A DNA stretch of 64,000 nucleotides, taken from positions 1 through 64,000 of the IMG/VR virus record IMGVR_UViG_3300012165_000002; one strand, written 5' to 3'. The position numbers were made by a program, and so were the translations under genes. The notes beneath the pieces were generated by a model. That model made no database searches. It saw only the letters and a list, made by a program, of their open reading frames with translations, and had not been told where the DNA came from. How positions within the stretch are numbered: the stretch's first letter is position 1; each line of letters starts with the position of its first letter. The DNA is from a virus. Below, one piece after another: positions 42,699 through 51,486 of the stretch.

Positions 42699-43280
42699 AT
42701 GAGAGTTTGTGATGTGTGCGGCACAAGAGTATTTTTAAATTCACATACAAATTTTTCACACAATCTTGGTGTGACTTTTTGGAGAATGAGAAACAAAACC
42801 AACAAGGAAAAGGCAGAGGAATTTATATATTGCATCTTTGATGATTACTCTAAAAAATATCGAAAGGAAAGTATTTTTGAAGTTATGGAATGCACTAGCC
42901 ATTATGTAAATATGATTCCTGAGTTGTGGGATGCTATTGAAGATTTAGTATCATCAGAATACAGCGATTATCAAAAATGCAAATTGAAATATCCAGCAAA
43001 ATATGATTATTCAAAATTCCAATACGAAATAAAAGGTGTGCGTGGGGTATATGCTACAAAGAATTTGGATATAAATAATACAATTATAACGGAGATCTTT
43101 GATGAAAGTGGAAAACGTATAGGTTTGCTTTATCCGAATGAGCGTGGAGAAGAATATACTAAAGAGGAAATTGATATTTGGTATCGGGGATATAAGCAAG
43201 GAAAATTGAATGGTAAAAACGAAATAAGAAATGCTATGTATAACGCTTTGGGAATAAGCGAGTTGATACATAATAATTGA
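42699..43280 (+). CDS. Hypothetical protein (193 aa)
   Basis: ATG 42699 behind GAGAGGGGAATATAAA; N-terminal CDVCGT. Confidence 0.6.
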   Translation: MRVCDVCGTRVFLNSHTNFSHNLGVTFWRMRNKTNKEKAEEFIYCIFDDYSKKYRKESIFEVMECTSHYVNMIPELWDAIEDLVSSEYSDYQKCKLKYPAKYDYSKFQYEIKGVRGVYATKNLDINNTIITEIFDESGKRIGLLYPNERGEEYTKEEIDIWYRGYKQGKLNGKNEIRNAMYNALGISELIHNN

Positions 43281-43288
43281 AAGGAGAA

Positions 43289-44803
43289 ATGAAAGTGTTT
43301 AGAATCGGAGACAAAATAATGATAATTGAAGCGGGAGATGGAGCGAGAGGGTGTAATGGGCGCATTGGAATTGTTACTAACAATCCACATGTGTGTGGTA
43401 TACATGCAAACAATCGAGGATTCAATGTAGAATTAGAATCCGGTGTTTATGATCCGGATGAAAAAGAAGTGTGGCGAGTAAATCATGATGGAAAATATAC
43501 TTTGATGGAGGGAAATGATATCATGTCAAATGAAGATGAATTTGTGTGTTTAGATTGTGGAGCAATTTACGATAAAGTTGATGGTCACTCCTATGAAGAT
43601 GGATATCTTTGTGACGATTGCTATGAAGATTATTTCATATGTGAGGATTGTGGAGAAACTTATAAGAAAAGTGACGGTTATTCTTATGGTAATGGATATA
43701 TTTGTGAAAGCTGCTATGATGATGATTATTTTACATGTGAGCATTGTGGCGGTATTCATTATCATGATGATATGGCTACTGTAAATCCCAATAGCTGTTA
43801 TATAGAACATGTGTGTATGGCTTGTGCAGAGTCATATTACTATTTCTGTACTGAGTGTGATGAATGGTATTCTTATTCATTTATGTGGGTGACTGGAGAT
43901 GATTGTATTTGTGTCAACTGTTCAGATCTTTACACAAGGTGTGATGATTGTGATGCTGTAATATTGTGTGAAGATGCTTGTGGAGGTGACTATAGTACTT
44001 ACTGCGAAAGTTGTTTTAATGATAGACAATACCGTTCCCTACACGATTATGGTTATAAGCCAGATCCGAATTTCTTAGGAGAAATGGATGACAATTTATA
44101 TATGGGAATTGAATTGGAAGTTGATAAAGGTGATGGAATAATGGATTGTTGTGATGCAATACAAGAAATTACTGATGATGTATATATGAAAGAGGATGGA
44201 AGTATCAGTAACGGATTTGAAATCGTATCTCATCCAGCAACAATTGAATACCACATGACTGAACTTCCTTGGGAATCCATCATGAAAAAGTGCATAGAGT
44301 ATGGATTTCGAAGCCACGACACAACGACATGCGGAATTCATGTTCATGTAAGTAGAAAATATTTTGGAACAGCGCTTGAGACGCAGGATTTAAATATAGC
44401 CAAAGCTATTTTATTGATAAACAGGTTTTGGGATACTCACATTACAACTTTTAGCAGAAGAAATTATAGTAGTTTGATTCATTGGGCAAAGAAATCTGAA
44501 TTGATATTGGAGCCAGATGATACAACGGAAAAATTGATTTACAAAATGAAAGATGAAAATTGTCGTGGAGACAGATATATGGCAGTTAATTTGCAAAACC
44601 GCAACACAATTGAATTCAGGATATTCCGAGGAACGTTAAAAATAGATACGTTCTTTGCAATATTACAATTTGTAAAAACGATTTGCGAATTTGCAAAGGG
44701 AGTAAGTTTGCAAGATATTGATGGGACAACGTGGAATGACATCTTTGGAAATTCGGAATATGAAGAATTAAACGCTTATAACAAGTCGAAGGATCTTAAT
44801 TAA
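43289..44803 (+). CDS. Amidoligase-family protein 1 (glutamine-synthetase-like 'putative amidoligase' domain) with SH3-like domain and five zinc-ribbon modules
   Basis: C-terminal motifs MGIELEVD, EDGSISNGFEIVSHPAT, TCGIHVHVS, RYMAVNLQNRNTIEFRIFRGTL. Start is ATG 43289 or GTG 43295, after AAGGAG at 43281-43286. Confidence 0.75.
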   Translation: MKVFRIGDKIMIIEAGDGARGCNGRIGIVTNNPHVCGIHANNRGFNVELESGVYDPDEKEVWRVNHDGKYTLMEGNDIMSNEDEFVCLDCGAIYDKVDGHSYEDGYLCDDCYEDYFICEDCGETYKKSDGYSYGNGYICESCYDDDYFTCEHCGGIHYHDDMATVNPNSCYIEHVCMACAESYYYFCTECDEWYSYSFMWVTGDDCICVNCSDLYTRCDDCDAVILCEDACGGDYSTYCESCFNDRQYRSLHDYGYKPDPNFLGEMDDNLYMGIELEVDKGDGIMDCCDAIQEITDDVYMKEDGSISNGFEIVSHPATIEYHMTELPWESIMKKCIEYGFRSHDTTTCGIHVHVSRKYFGTALETQDLNIAKAILLINRFWDTHITTFSRRNYSSLIHWAKKSELILEPDDTTEKLIYKMKDENCRGDRYMAVNLQNRNTIEFRIFRGTLKIDTFFAILQFVKTICEFAKGVSLQDIDGTTWNDIFGNSEYEELNAYNKSKDLN

Positions 44804-44824
44804 AAAAAAAGGAGAATGATTATT

Positions 44825-45742
44825 ATGTGTATAATTGCAGCGAAGAATAAAGGTGTAAGTCTTCCAGAGATTGGAATCATAGAGCAAATGTGGTATAACA
44901 ACAGCGACGGAGCGGGATTGATGTGGCGTGAAGGAAATAAAGTCTGCATATCAAAAGGATATATGACTTTGAAATCATTCAAAAGAGCAATTTCAGAATT
45001 GGAAAGTCGATTGGATTTGACAGAAACGCCAATGGTAATGCATTTTAGAATTGGAACGCATGGAGGAAATATCCCTTCAAATACTCATCCATTTCCCATC
45101 ATGGAGAGTGTTTCTGCATTACAAAAGTTGGATTTCAAAACAAATATTGGTGTGGCGCACAACGGAATAATCCCCATTGATCCAAGATCGAAAAATATTT
45201 CTGATACTATGGAATATATCGCTGCTCAACTATATCCAATCAAGTGTATTAAGCCCACATTCTACAAAGATAAGAATTGCCAAAAGCTAATATACAATGC
45301 GATTCAAAGTAAAATGGCATTTCTAAATTATGATGGGAAAATATATACAATTGGCGACTTCATTACAGAAGAAGATGGAATGATTTATAGCAATACTTCC
45401 TACAAGCCAAAAACGTATTATCAAAGATGGGATTATTCCAATTGGGAATATTCAGACTACTTGTCAGGTTATAATTGGCCAAAAAAGGCCGATGATAACG
45501 AGCCACATTACGAATACCTTATGTGGTTAGATGACCGAGATGGTTGGGTTGTAGATGAAGATGGTGAAATGTATGATGGCGATTGGATATATCTATTCGA
45601 TAAAGAATTTAATGTATACAAGTATGATTATAACAATTGCGACGTAATAAAATTGTCAAAATATCATCTAGTTTCGGTTAATAGGAATTTGGAATTTGAT
45701 GAAGAAAAAGCGGAAGTTATTTGTGTTAATGAAGTTATATAA
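44825..45742 (+). CDS. Class II (Ntn-type) glutamine-amidotransferase-like protein
   Basis: Start at ATG 44825 gives MCIIAAK, with Cys2 as the nucleophile after Met removal. HFRIGTHGG..NTHPF and GVAHNGII motifs. AAGGAGAA RBS 8 nt upstream. Confidence 0.75.
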   Translation: MCIIAAKNKGVSLPEIGIIEQMWYNNSDGAGLMWREGNKVCISKGYMTLKSFKRAISELESRLDLTETPMVMHFRIGTHGGNIPSNTHPFPIMESVSALQKLDFKTNIGVAHNGIIPIDPRSKNISDTMEYIAAQLYPIKCIKPTFYKDKNCQKLIYNAIQSKMAFLNYDGKIYTIGDFITEEDGMIYSNTSYKPKTYYQRWDYSNWEYSDYLSGYNWPKKADDNEPHYEYLMWLDDRDGWVVDEDGEMYDGDWIYLFDKEFNVYKYDYNNCDVIKLSKYHLVSVNRNLEFDEEKAEVICVNEVI

Positions 45743-45762
45743 AACAAAAGGAGGAAATTGAA

Positions 45763-47031
45763 ATGCCATTTGATGATATGTTTGTAGAACAACGAAGCTT
45801 AGACAGTATATCTATAGATATAGATCCCCGCACATTTTATAATCAACATTACTTCTCCGTCGGCGATAGAATGGATGCGGGTAGAGCAGTAAGAGCGGTT
45901 TGTACCGATATTCCCGTATCTGACAGTTTAGCTCCAGGAACTAAAGTAAGAATTCATGATTACGAAACTTTAAGCCAATGCAGTGGCATTGGAGATGGCA
46001 CATTCTTCGACTATGCTGGAATGGTTGTGACAATTAGCCACCATCAAGACTGGGATGATGGATGGTATAGAATATGCGAAGATGATGGTGAGTGGTCTTG
46101 GAGCCGGTCAATGTTTACAGTAAGCGAGTTAGGTGATTTCGAAATTCCAGAAACAAGATTAGCACGTTGTCAAAGATGTAGTCATACATTCGTAAAGAAA
46201 TACGAGAGCACCGAAAACCTGTGCGAAAACTGTAGAAAAAGGAATTATATTTTACCATATCATAGGTGGTATCCGGAATTGGAATTCTATGGCGTTGCTC
46301 AAAACAAAAATCAAAAGCAACTATTCCTAGGAGTGGAGCTTGAAGTTGGCGTTGGAGGTGAATGGGATAGTTCTGTTGAAAAGATTATGCCCTTACTAAA
46401 TCAAGGCATAGATGAAGATTCTATATTTGCCTACTGTTCCCATGATGGAAGTATTGATGATGGTTTTGAAATTATAACTCAGCCAGCAACAATAAAATAT
46501 CACAAAAATCAAAGTGAAATGTATGGAAAGCTTTTCAAAAGGCTAATTGAAATGGGATATCGCTCACATAATGCAAGGACGTGTGGTATTCATGTTCATT
46601 TTAACAGAGATTATTATGAAGAGAATGACGATTTGTATTGCGCTCGATTAGTATTTCTGATTGAAAAGTTTTGGGATGAGATTGTCATATTTTCAAGAAG
46701 AGATAAGTACAGAATGGATAGATACACTAAGAAGATTGATTGTGAGTGTAATGACTTTGTGGCGAAATACAACAAGACAGATAGCCATGAAGCTCACTAT
46801 TATGCAATCAATTTAGCAAACAAGAACACGATTGAATTCCGGATGTTCAGAGGTACACTAAACTTAGACACATTCATAGCGATTTTGGAATTTGTAAACA
46901 ACTGTGTAAAGATTGCCAAAAACAATTCGACAGAAGATATTCAAAAGATGGAATTTATGGATATTCTAACTACAAATTGCAAATCGTATTATCGGCGCAG
47001 ATTGGTAAGCTTAAAGCTTGATGAAGTATAA
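45763..47031 (+). CDS. Amidoligase-family protein 2 with SH3-like N-terminal domain and one zinc ribbon
   Basis: LGVELEVG, HDGSIDDGFEIITQPAT, TCGIHVHFN, HYYAINLANKNTIEFRMFRGTL. Paralogous to 43289..44803 over the C-terminal 230 aa or so. Confidence 0.75.
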   Translation: MPFDDMFVEQRSLDSISIDIDPRTFYNQHYFSVGDRMDAGRAVRAVCTDIPVSDSLAPGTKVRIHDYETLSQCSGIGDGTFFDYAGMVVTISHHQDWDDGWYRICEDDGEWSWSRSMFTVSELGDFEIPETRLARCQRCSHTFVKKYESTENLCENCRKRNYILPYHRWYPELEFYGVAQNKNQKQLFLGVELEVGVGGEWDSSVEKIMPLLNQGIDEDSIFAYCSHDGSIDDGFEIITQPATIKYHKNQSEMYGKLFKRLIEMGYRSHNARTCGIHVHFNRDYYEENDDLYCARLVFLIEKFWDEIVIFSRRDKYRMDRYTKKIDCECNDFVAKYNKTDSHEAHYYAINLANKNTIEFRMFRGTLNLDTFIAILEFVNNCVKIAKNNSTEDIQKMEFMDILTTNCKSYYRRRLVSLKLDEV

Positions 47032-47039
47032 GCTGGGCG

Positions 47040-47060
47040 AGAGCGGGATATCCGCTCTTT
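47040..47060 (+). terminator. Terminator-like hairpin
   Basis: AGAGCGG / CCGCTCT 7-bp stem, 5-nt loop, short T-run. Confidence 0.55.
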
Positions 47061-47087
47061 ACATATAAAAAGAATGGAGGATTTAAA

Positions 47088-47405
47088 ATGAAAAAGTTAA
47101 ATTACAAAGAGTTTGTGGGTAGAATTGAGAAGATGAATGTGGGTGATACATTTGATTTTTATGAGAATTATGGTGAAGAATCGGGTGAGACATTCAACGC
47201 TTATGGTGTCAAATGCATTGCAATGTTTGATGCTATAATGGTAATTATAAATTATTATGGTGGTGGAATGCCATTTATAATTGATGTCACAATGTCTGAT
47301 TATGAAATTAATAGTGTTGAACTTTTCAATTATTTTTATATGTGCTCAGACATAATTTATAACCATTCCAGCTTTAGAGATTATTTTGTTTTTGTTAAGG
47401 AATAG
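47088..47405 (+). CDS. Hypothetical protein (105 aa)
   Basis: ATGGAGGATTTAAA RBS. Confidence 0.6.
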   Translation: MKKLNYKEFVGRIEKMNVGDTFDFYENYGEESGETFNAYGVKCIAMFDAIMVIINYYGGGMPFIIDVTMSDYEINSVELFNYFYMCSDIIYNHSSFRDYFVFVKE

Positions 47406-47420
47406 AGAGGAGATCATATT

Positions 47421-47759
47421 ATGAATTATGAATGGATTCTAACAGATGATGACAGTTTTCAACATGTCAAATGCATTTCAGATGACACATATCATTTAAT
47501 TGAAATGGGATTGATTAATCCTGAAACAGATGAATATGAAGTGTATACAGATGTAATTTGCATAACGGATTATCTTAATGAACTTGATGAAATTTTAAGC
47601 GAGTTTGGATATGGGGATGGTGCATGCGAAAATGAATCTAATCAGATAATTGCAGAATGTATCTTTGAACATAATGGAATTTTTCAGGCAAGCCAGCTAA
47701 TTGCTGGAAGCGAAGGTGAATGCGAAAAATTTATTTTGGATTTTATAAAAAATAGTTAG
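47421..47759 (+). CDS. Strongly acidic hypothetical protein (112 aa)
   Basis: AGAGGAGATCATATT RBS. Asp/Glu greatly outnumber Lys/Arg. Confidence 0.6.
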   Translation: MNYEWILTDDDSFQHVKCISDDTYHLIEMGLINPETDEYEVYTDVICITDYLNELDEILSEFGYGDGACENESNQIIAECIFEHNGIFQASQLIAGSEGECEKFILDFIKNS

Positions 47760-47770
47760 GAGGATTTAAA

Positions 47771-48088
47771 ATGAGAAGACCTTGGAAATACCGACTAGAA
47801 AATGAAGGTGTGAAACTAAGGGAAATTATAGACTGCGGAGGAAATGACGTGAAGTCATGTGTCAGCACTCTTAAACAGGTGAAATTGTGTTGTGCTGAAT
47901 TATTAAATCAACTTGAAATAGTTGATAAGAATAATTATATGAGGCAGATTGAAAATCTAATTGATGAAATGGATTTGCTTGGAAGCTTGGACGGATATGA
48001 TGCTTGTTTAGCAGAAGATGAAGTCAATTATATTTTGGGAGAGTTTTATGATATCTGCGATGATTGCAGATGTTGGATTCCACTATGA
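47771..48088 (+). CDS. Acidic hypothetical protein (105 aa)
   Basis: TAGGAGGATTTAAA RBS. Confidence 0.6.
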   Translation: MRRPWKYRLENEGVKLREIIDCGGNDVKSCVSTLKQVKLCCAELLNQLEIVDKNNYMRQIENLIDEMDLLGSLDGYDACLAEDEVNYILGEFYDICDDCRCWIPL

Positions 48089-48101
48089 GGAGGGTGATAA
48101 C

Positions 48102-48365
48102 ATGGATTACAAAGAAGCTTTTGAATATGGAAGCAAAATAATATTTACACAACAAATACCAAATAAGCCATCCGAATATAATGCAGTTTGTTTGAAAGCA
48201 ATAAAATTTCAAATACCACAAGAAATTAAAATTGAAAAATGGAGTCCAACATATTGTCCAAATTGTAAAGAGGAATTAAGTCAGTCTGAAGGAGATGGAT
48301 ATTATTCTCATCCAAAATTTCTTGAGATGTGTCCACATTGCGGACAAAAAATATTTTGGAGTTAA
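48102..48365 (+). CDS. Hypothetical zinc-ribbon protein (87 aa)
   Basis: ATG 48102 behind GAGGAGGGTGATAAC; CPNC..CPHCG. Confidence 0.55.
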   Translation: MDYKEAFEYGSKIIFTQQIPNKPSEYNAVCLKAIKFQIPQEIKIEKWSPTYCPNCKEELSQSEGDGYYSHPKFLEMCPHCGQKIFWS

Positions 48366-48380
48366 AAAGGAGGATTTAAA

Positions 48381-48575
48381 ATGCTTGGAGAATTAGCTAG
48401 AATTATCAATGTTCAAAATTCAATTGACGTTATAAGGGATTATATGAATGAAAGTAATAATCGGGAGATAGTGAGATGTAATCCGTTTATAAGTTATGAC
48501 AGGTTTGCAGAATTTTTAATATCTCTTCAAAAATTAGAAGATTCTATTGCAGAAGTTTATGATGCAATAAAATAA
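48381..48575 (+). CDS. Hypothetical protein (64 aa)
   Basis: AAAGGAGGATTTAAA RBS. Confidence 0.55.
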   Translation: MLGELARIINVQNSIDVIRDYMNESNNREIVRCNPFISYDRFAEFLISLQKLEDSIAEVYDAIK

Positions 48576-48604
48576 TTGACTTTTGACAAAATGTATATTA
48601 CAAT
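48576..48604 (+). promoter_or_regulatory. SigA-type promoter
   Basis: TTGACT (48576-48581), 17-nt spacer, TACAAT (48599-48604), upstream of the gene at 48627. Confidence 0.5.
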
Positions 48605-48626
48605 ATTTTAAAAGGAGGAAATAATT

Positions 48627-48884
48627 ATGAGAACATATCTACAAACAAAATATGATAGCATGAAGTCGTTTTGTAATAAGGCCGAGGTTGAAACAGCAAA
48701 AAGCGGATTGAAATTATACAGCTACAATACACTTGTAGCAGAAATTGAAAACGGCGTTGCAAAAGTTTACAATTTGCAAAGTACGACTACAGTTAGGCAT
48801 GTAAAGGAATTTTTGTTGCAAAACGGATATAATGCGGAAAGTAAAAAGCAAATTGAGAGAAATTACTTTAGGGGAGGAGAGTGA
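48627..48884 (+). CDS. Hypothetical protein (85 aa)
   Basis: AAAGGAGGAAATAATT RBS. Confidence 0.6.
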   Translation: MRTYLQTKYDSMKSFCNKAEVETAKSGLKLYSYNTLVAEIENGVAKVYNLQSTTTVRHVKEFLLQNGYNAESKKQIERNYFRGGE

Positions 48885-48885
48885 A

Positions 48886-49272
48886 ATGCTAAGATTTTTT
48901 AAAGAGATTTATTATGCGTTTAAGCTGCAATGTTTTAGTTTAGCTTATAAAATTGATTTAAAATTGAGTGAAATATTATATGATTCACTCAAATTAGGAA
49001 TCAAAAGTATAGAAAGAGAAGAAGAAGAATTTTATGGTTTAAGAATTGCAAACATAAATGGCATAGGTTTTGAACTTTGGGATCATGGCGAATATTATTC
49101 ATGGCTTTGTCGCGGAAGAATTTTTAAAAACCGCCAAGTTATATATCAATGGGACGAAAAATGTATATCAAGAGAATACATGTTCAAAATAAGAGAATTA
49201 ATAAATCATGAAAATAATGCTTATGATAATTTGAGAGGAGAAATATGCGAAAAGATATCTAATGGATATTAA
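48886..49272 (+). CDS. Hypothetical protein (128 aa)
   Basis: ATG 48886 behind GGGGAGGAGAGTGAA. Confidence 0.6.
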   Translation: MLRFFKEIYYAFKLQCFSLAYKIDLKLSEILYDSLKLGIKSIEREEEEFYGLRIANINGIGFELWDHGEYYSWLCRGRIFKNRQVIYQWDEKCISREYMFKIRELINHENNAYDNLRGEICEKISNGY

Positions 49273-49287
49273 AAGGAGGAGAAGATT

Positions 49288-49953
49288 ATGATTAAAAAGT
49301 TCACACTGATTAGTATGATAGTAATTACATTATCTTCCTGCATGCCAGTAGAAAATAAAACAAACACTGAAAAGATATCGGCAAGCGACACATTGGAATT
49401 GTTGGAAAATTCAAGCGAAATCAAAATTGATAAAGCATTAATTTCGTTTAAAGCATCTTACGATGTTTCTTGTGGTGATAAAAAAATCGGCACAATTACT
49501 GGCAAATATGCCAATATTACCGGAGATAAATTCACATTTAAAAATGTTGATGGAGAGATTTTAAGTAGTGAAAAGCAGATTAAAAGATGGGGAGTTAAGT
49601 TTAATCGCCTGGCAGAAATTTATGACAAAGACGATAATATTGTTGGATACATCGGAGAAGAAAAGATTCAAGATTTCTTCAAATGGGGTTATAGATTTCA
49701 TTTCTATGACAAAGACAAGAATGAAATAGCCTATACAAAAGATATTTTGTTTTCTTTATTGTCAAGGTATGAGATATATAATTTAGAAGATAAACTTATT
49801 TGCACAATTGACGCACAGTTTTCGATTAATAATCAATACAAAATATCAATTGAAGAAGGGAATCATATTCCAAAAGACCAGTTAATATATTTTACTTGTA
49901 TAGTTGATTCAATTAAAACAAGTGATGATGAAAAAGCAAAAAAGAAAAATTGA
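49288..49953 (+). CDS. Lipoprotein (221 aa)
   Basis: Signal peptide MIKKFTLISMIVITLSSC with lipobox LSSC; AAAGGAGGAGAAGATT RBS. Confidence 0.65.
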   Translation: MIKKFTLISMIVITLSSCMPVENKTNTEKISASDTLELLENSSEIKIDKALISFKASYDVSCGDKKIGTITGKYANITGDKFTFKNVDGEILSSEKQIKRWGVKFNRLAEIYDKDDNIVGYIGEEKIQDFFKWGYRFHFYDKDKNEIAYTKDILFSLLSRYEIYNLEDKLICTIDAQFSINNQYKISIEEGNHIPKDQLIYFTCIVDSIKTSDDEKAKKKN

Positions 49954-49965
49954 GGAGGAAATAAA

Positions 49966-50334
49966 ATGAATTTAAAAGAACTGTTATCTAATGGATGTTT
50001 GGTGGAATATAGAAGTGGCCAAAGGGCGATTTTTTTAAAAGATGCTAATGTTATGGGTGGCGTTAAAAGTGCTTTTTTTGGAATTAAAAGTGGTCGGTAT
50101 ACAACACTTGATGTTTATAGTTGTGACTTAATTCAGTTTTGTGATTTATTGGACGTTATGAAAATCTATAACCCCGAATACACCGGTGATGCTATTCGCA
50201 GAATGAGCGAGTATGAAGTTCCTTGGACGTGGGAACGAGCTGAGAAGACGGAACGGGAAATTGAAATGGAAAAGTTACAGGAAAAGATAAATGAACTTCA
50301 AGAGCAATATAACAAACTGAAAGGATGTGAATAG
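49966..50334 (+). CDS. Paralogue family A member 3 (122 aa)
   Basis: MNLKELLSNGCLVEY.., DVMKIYNPEYTGDAIR, PWTWERAEKTEREIEMEKLQEKINELQEQYNKLKGC. Confidence 0.65.
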   Translation: MNLKELLSNGCLVEYRSGQRAIFLKDANVMGGVKSAFFGIKSGRYTTLDVYSCDLIQFCDLLDVMKIYNPEYTGDAIRRMSEYEVPWTWERAEKTEREIEMEKLQEKINELQEQYNKLKGCE

Positions 50335-50335
50335 T

Positions 50336-50506
50336 ATGTTAGTTTTCAAGGAAGTTTTGCTGAGAGTGTTTATTGCATCATTTTTTATAATCAGTGGCAC
50401 TATAGTTAATAAAGCGAATGATTATTATTTATTACTTCCGCTTTACATGATTGGTTGTACAATGATGGATGTGTGGTATAATTATAGGCACAAACATAAT
50501 ATTTAA
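50336..50506 (+). CDS. Small membrane protein (56 aa)
   Basis: ATG 50336 behind AAAGGATGTGAATAGT; below the track cut-off. Confidence 0.4.
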   Translation: MLVFKEVLLRVFIASFFIISGTIVNKANDYYLLLPLYMIGCTMMDVWYNYRHKHNI

Positions 50507-50521
50507 ATGGGAGGAGTAATT

Positions 50522-50800
50522 ATGAAATTAAAGTGGAACGATATTACAAGTTATAGCAAAGGAGACAAAGAAAGAACGCCAAAAGTTTTAAGAACTTGTA
50601 TAAAAAACTTTGAAATAACGATTCATAGGCATATATACTACGAAAATACATGGCTTTTGACTACTGATGATTTTCAAATAGAAAAAGAAGATTTATATAC
50701 TGATAAATTTGAAGAAGCAGAAACAAGAGCTATTGATTGTATTTTAGATAAATTAAGATTGTACATTGAAGATTATGAATATTTAAGATTATTAATATAA
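50522..50800 (+). CDS. Hypothetical protein (92 aa)
   Basis: ATG 50522 behind TGGGAGGAGTAATT. Confidence 0.6.
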   Translation: MKLKWNDITSYSKGDKERTPKVLRTCIKNFEITIHRHIYYENTWLLTTDDFQIEKEDLYTDKFEEAETRAIDCILDKLRLYIEDYEYLRLLI

Positions 50801-50813
50801 AGGAGGATAAAAA

Positions 50814-51101
50814 ATGATAAATCATAAAAAGGAAGTTGCTGAATTGTTGGAAGATGGTTTGTGCGATTGGTCGTATGAAGATATAAGCGTTGAAATGTAT
50901 TCGATTCCTAAACAGCAAATAAAAATCATTAAGAATATTATTGAACAACTTAAAAATGCTCCGGAAGATTATGATAAAGATTTTGGAGATGATAAGTTGT
51001 GTACATGTGGACATCAGTATTACAGGCACTTTGATACTTATGAAGATATGTATCCTTGTGGTTGTAAATATTGTGATTGTGAGAGATTTGAAGAAGCATA
51101 A
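50814..51101 (+). CDS. Hypothetical protein (95 aa)
   Basis: AAAGGAGGATAAAAA RBS; C-terminal CTCGH..CGCKYCDC. Confidence 0.6.
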   Translation: MINHKKEVAELLEDGLCDWSYEDISVEMYSIPKQQIKIIKNIIEQLKNAPEDYDKDFGDDKLCTCGHQYYRHFDTYEDMYPCGCKYCDCERFEEA

Positions 51102-51165
51102 GAAAGGATAGTAGATATGTATGCCAACATAGATGTTGTTTTAAAACATTATAAGGAGGATTAAA

Positions 51166-51486
51166 ATGAATAGATGGAAACTTACCGAAGAAGTAAGAAA
51201 TAAATACACGCCAATAGTGACAAAATTTATTGAAGAGCTGGAATCAATTCCAGAAACTTCTACTGAATTATTGGAAAAAGATTTTTCGGATACGGAATTA
51301 AACCCCTCAACGTTATTGGAATTACTAGAATATCTTGGATACGAAAACCAACGCCAAGAAGATAATGGATGGGAGCTTGATTTTTGGATTTATGTATCAA
51401 AACCAAATTTCAAACCAATTTGTATACAAGGTTGTGGAATGACTTTTGAATTAAGATTGTCAGGAGCAGAGGAGGATGAATTATGA
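51166..51486 (+). CDS. Acidic hypothetical protein (106 aa)
   Basis: TAAGGAGGATTAAA RBS; translationally coupled to the SprT-like gene. Confidence 0.6.
   Translation: MNRWKLTEEVRNKYTPIVTKFIEELESIPETSTELLEKDFSDTELNPSTLLELLEYLGYENQRQEDNGWELDFWIYVSKPNFKPICIQGCGMTFELRLSGAEEDEL

Noticed and set aside
43550-44742. Minus-strand and alternative-frame ORFs inside amidoligase gene 1 (43550..43810, 43557..43784, 44096..44347, 44411..44596, 44539..44742)
   Set aside because: They lie within a long motif-bearing plus-strand gene, have no RBS and encode Ile/Phe-rich nonsense.
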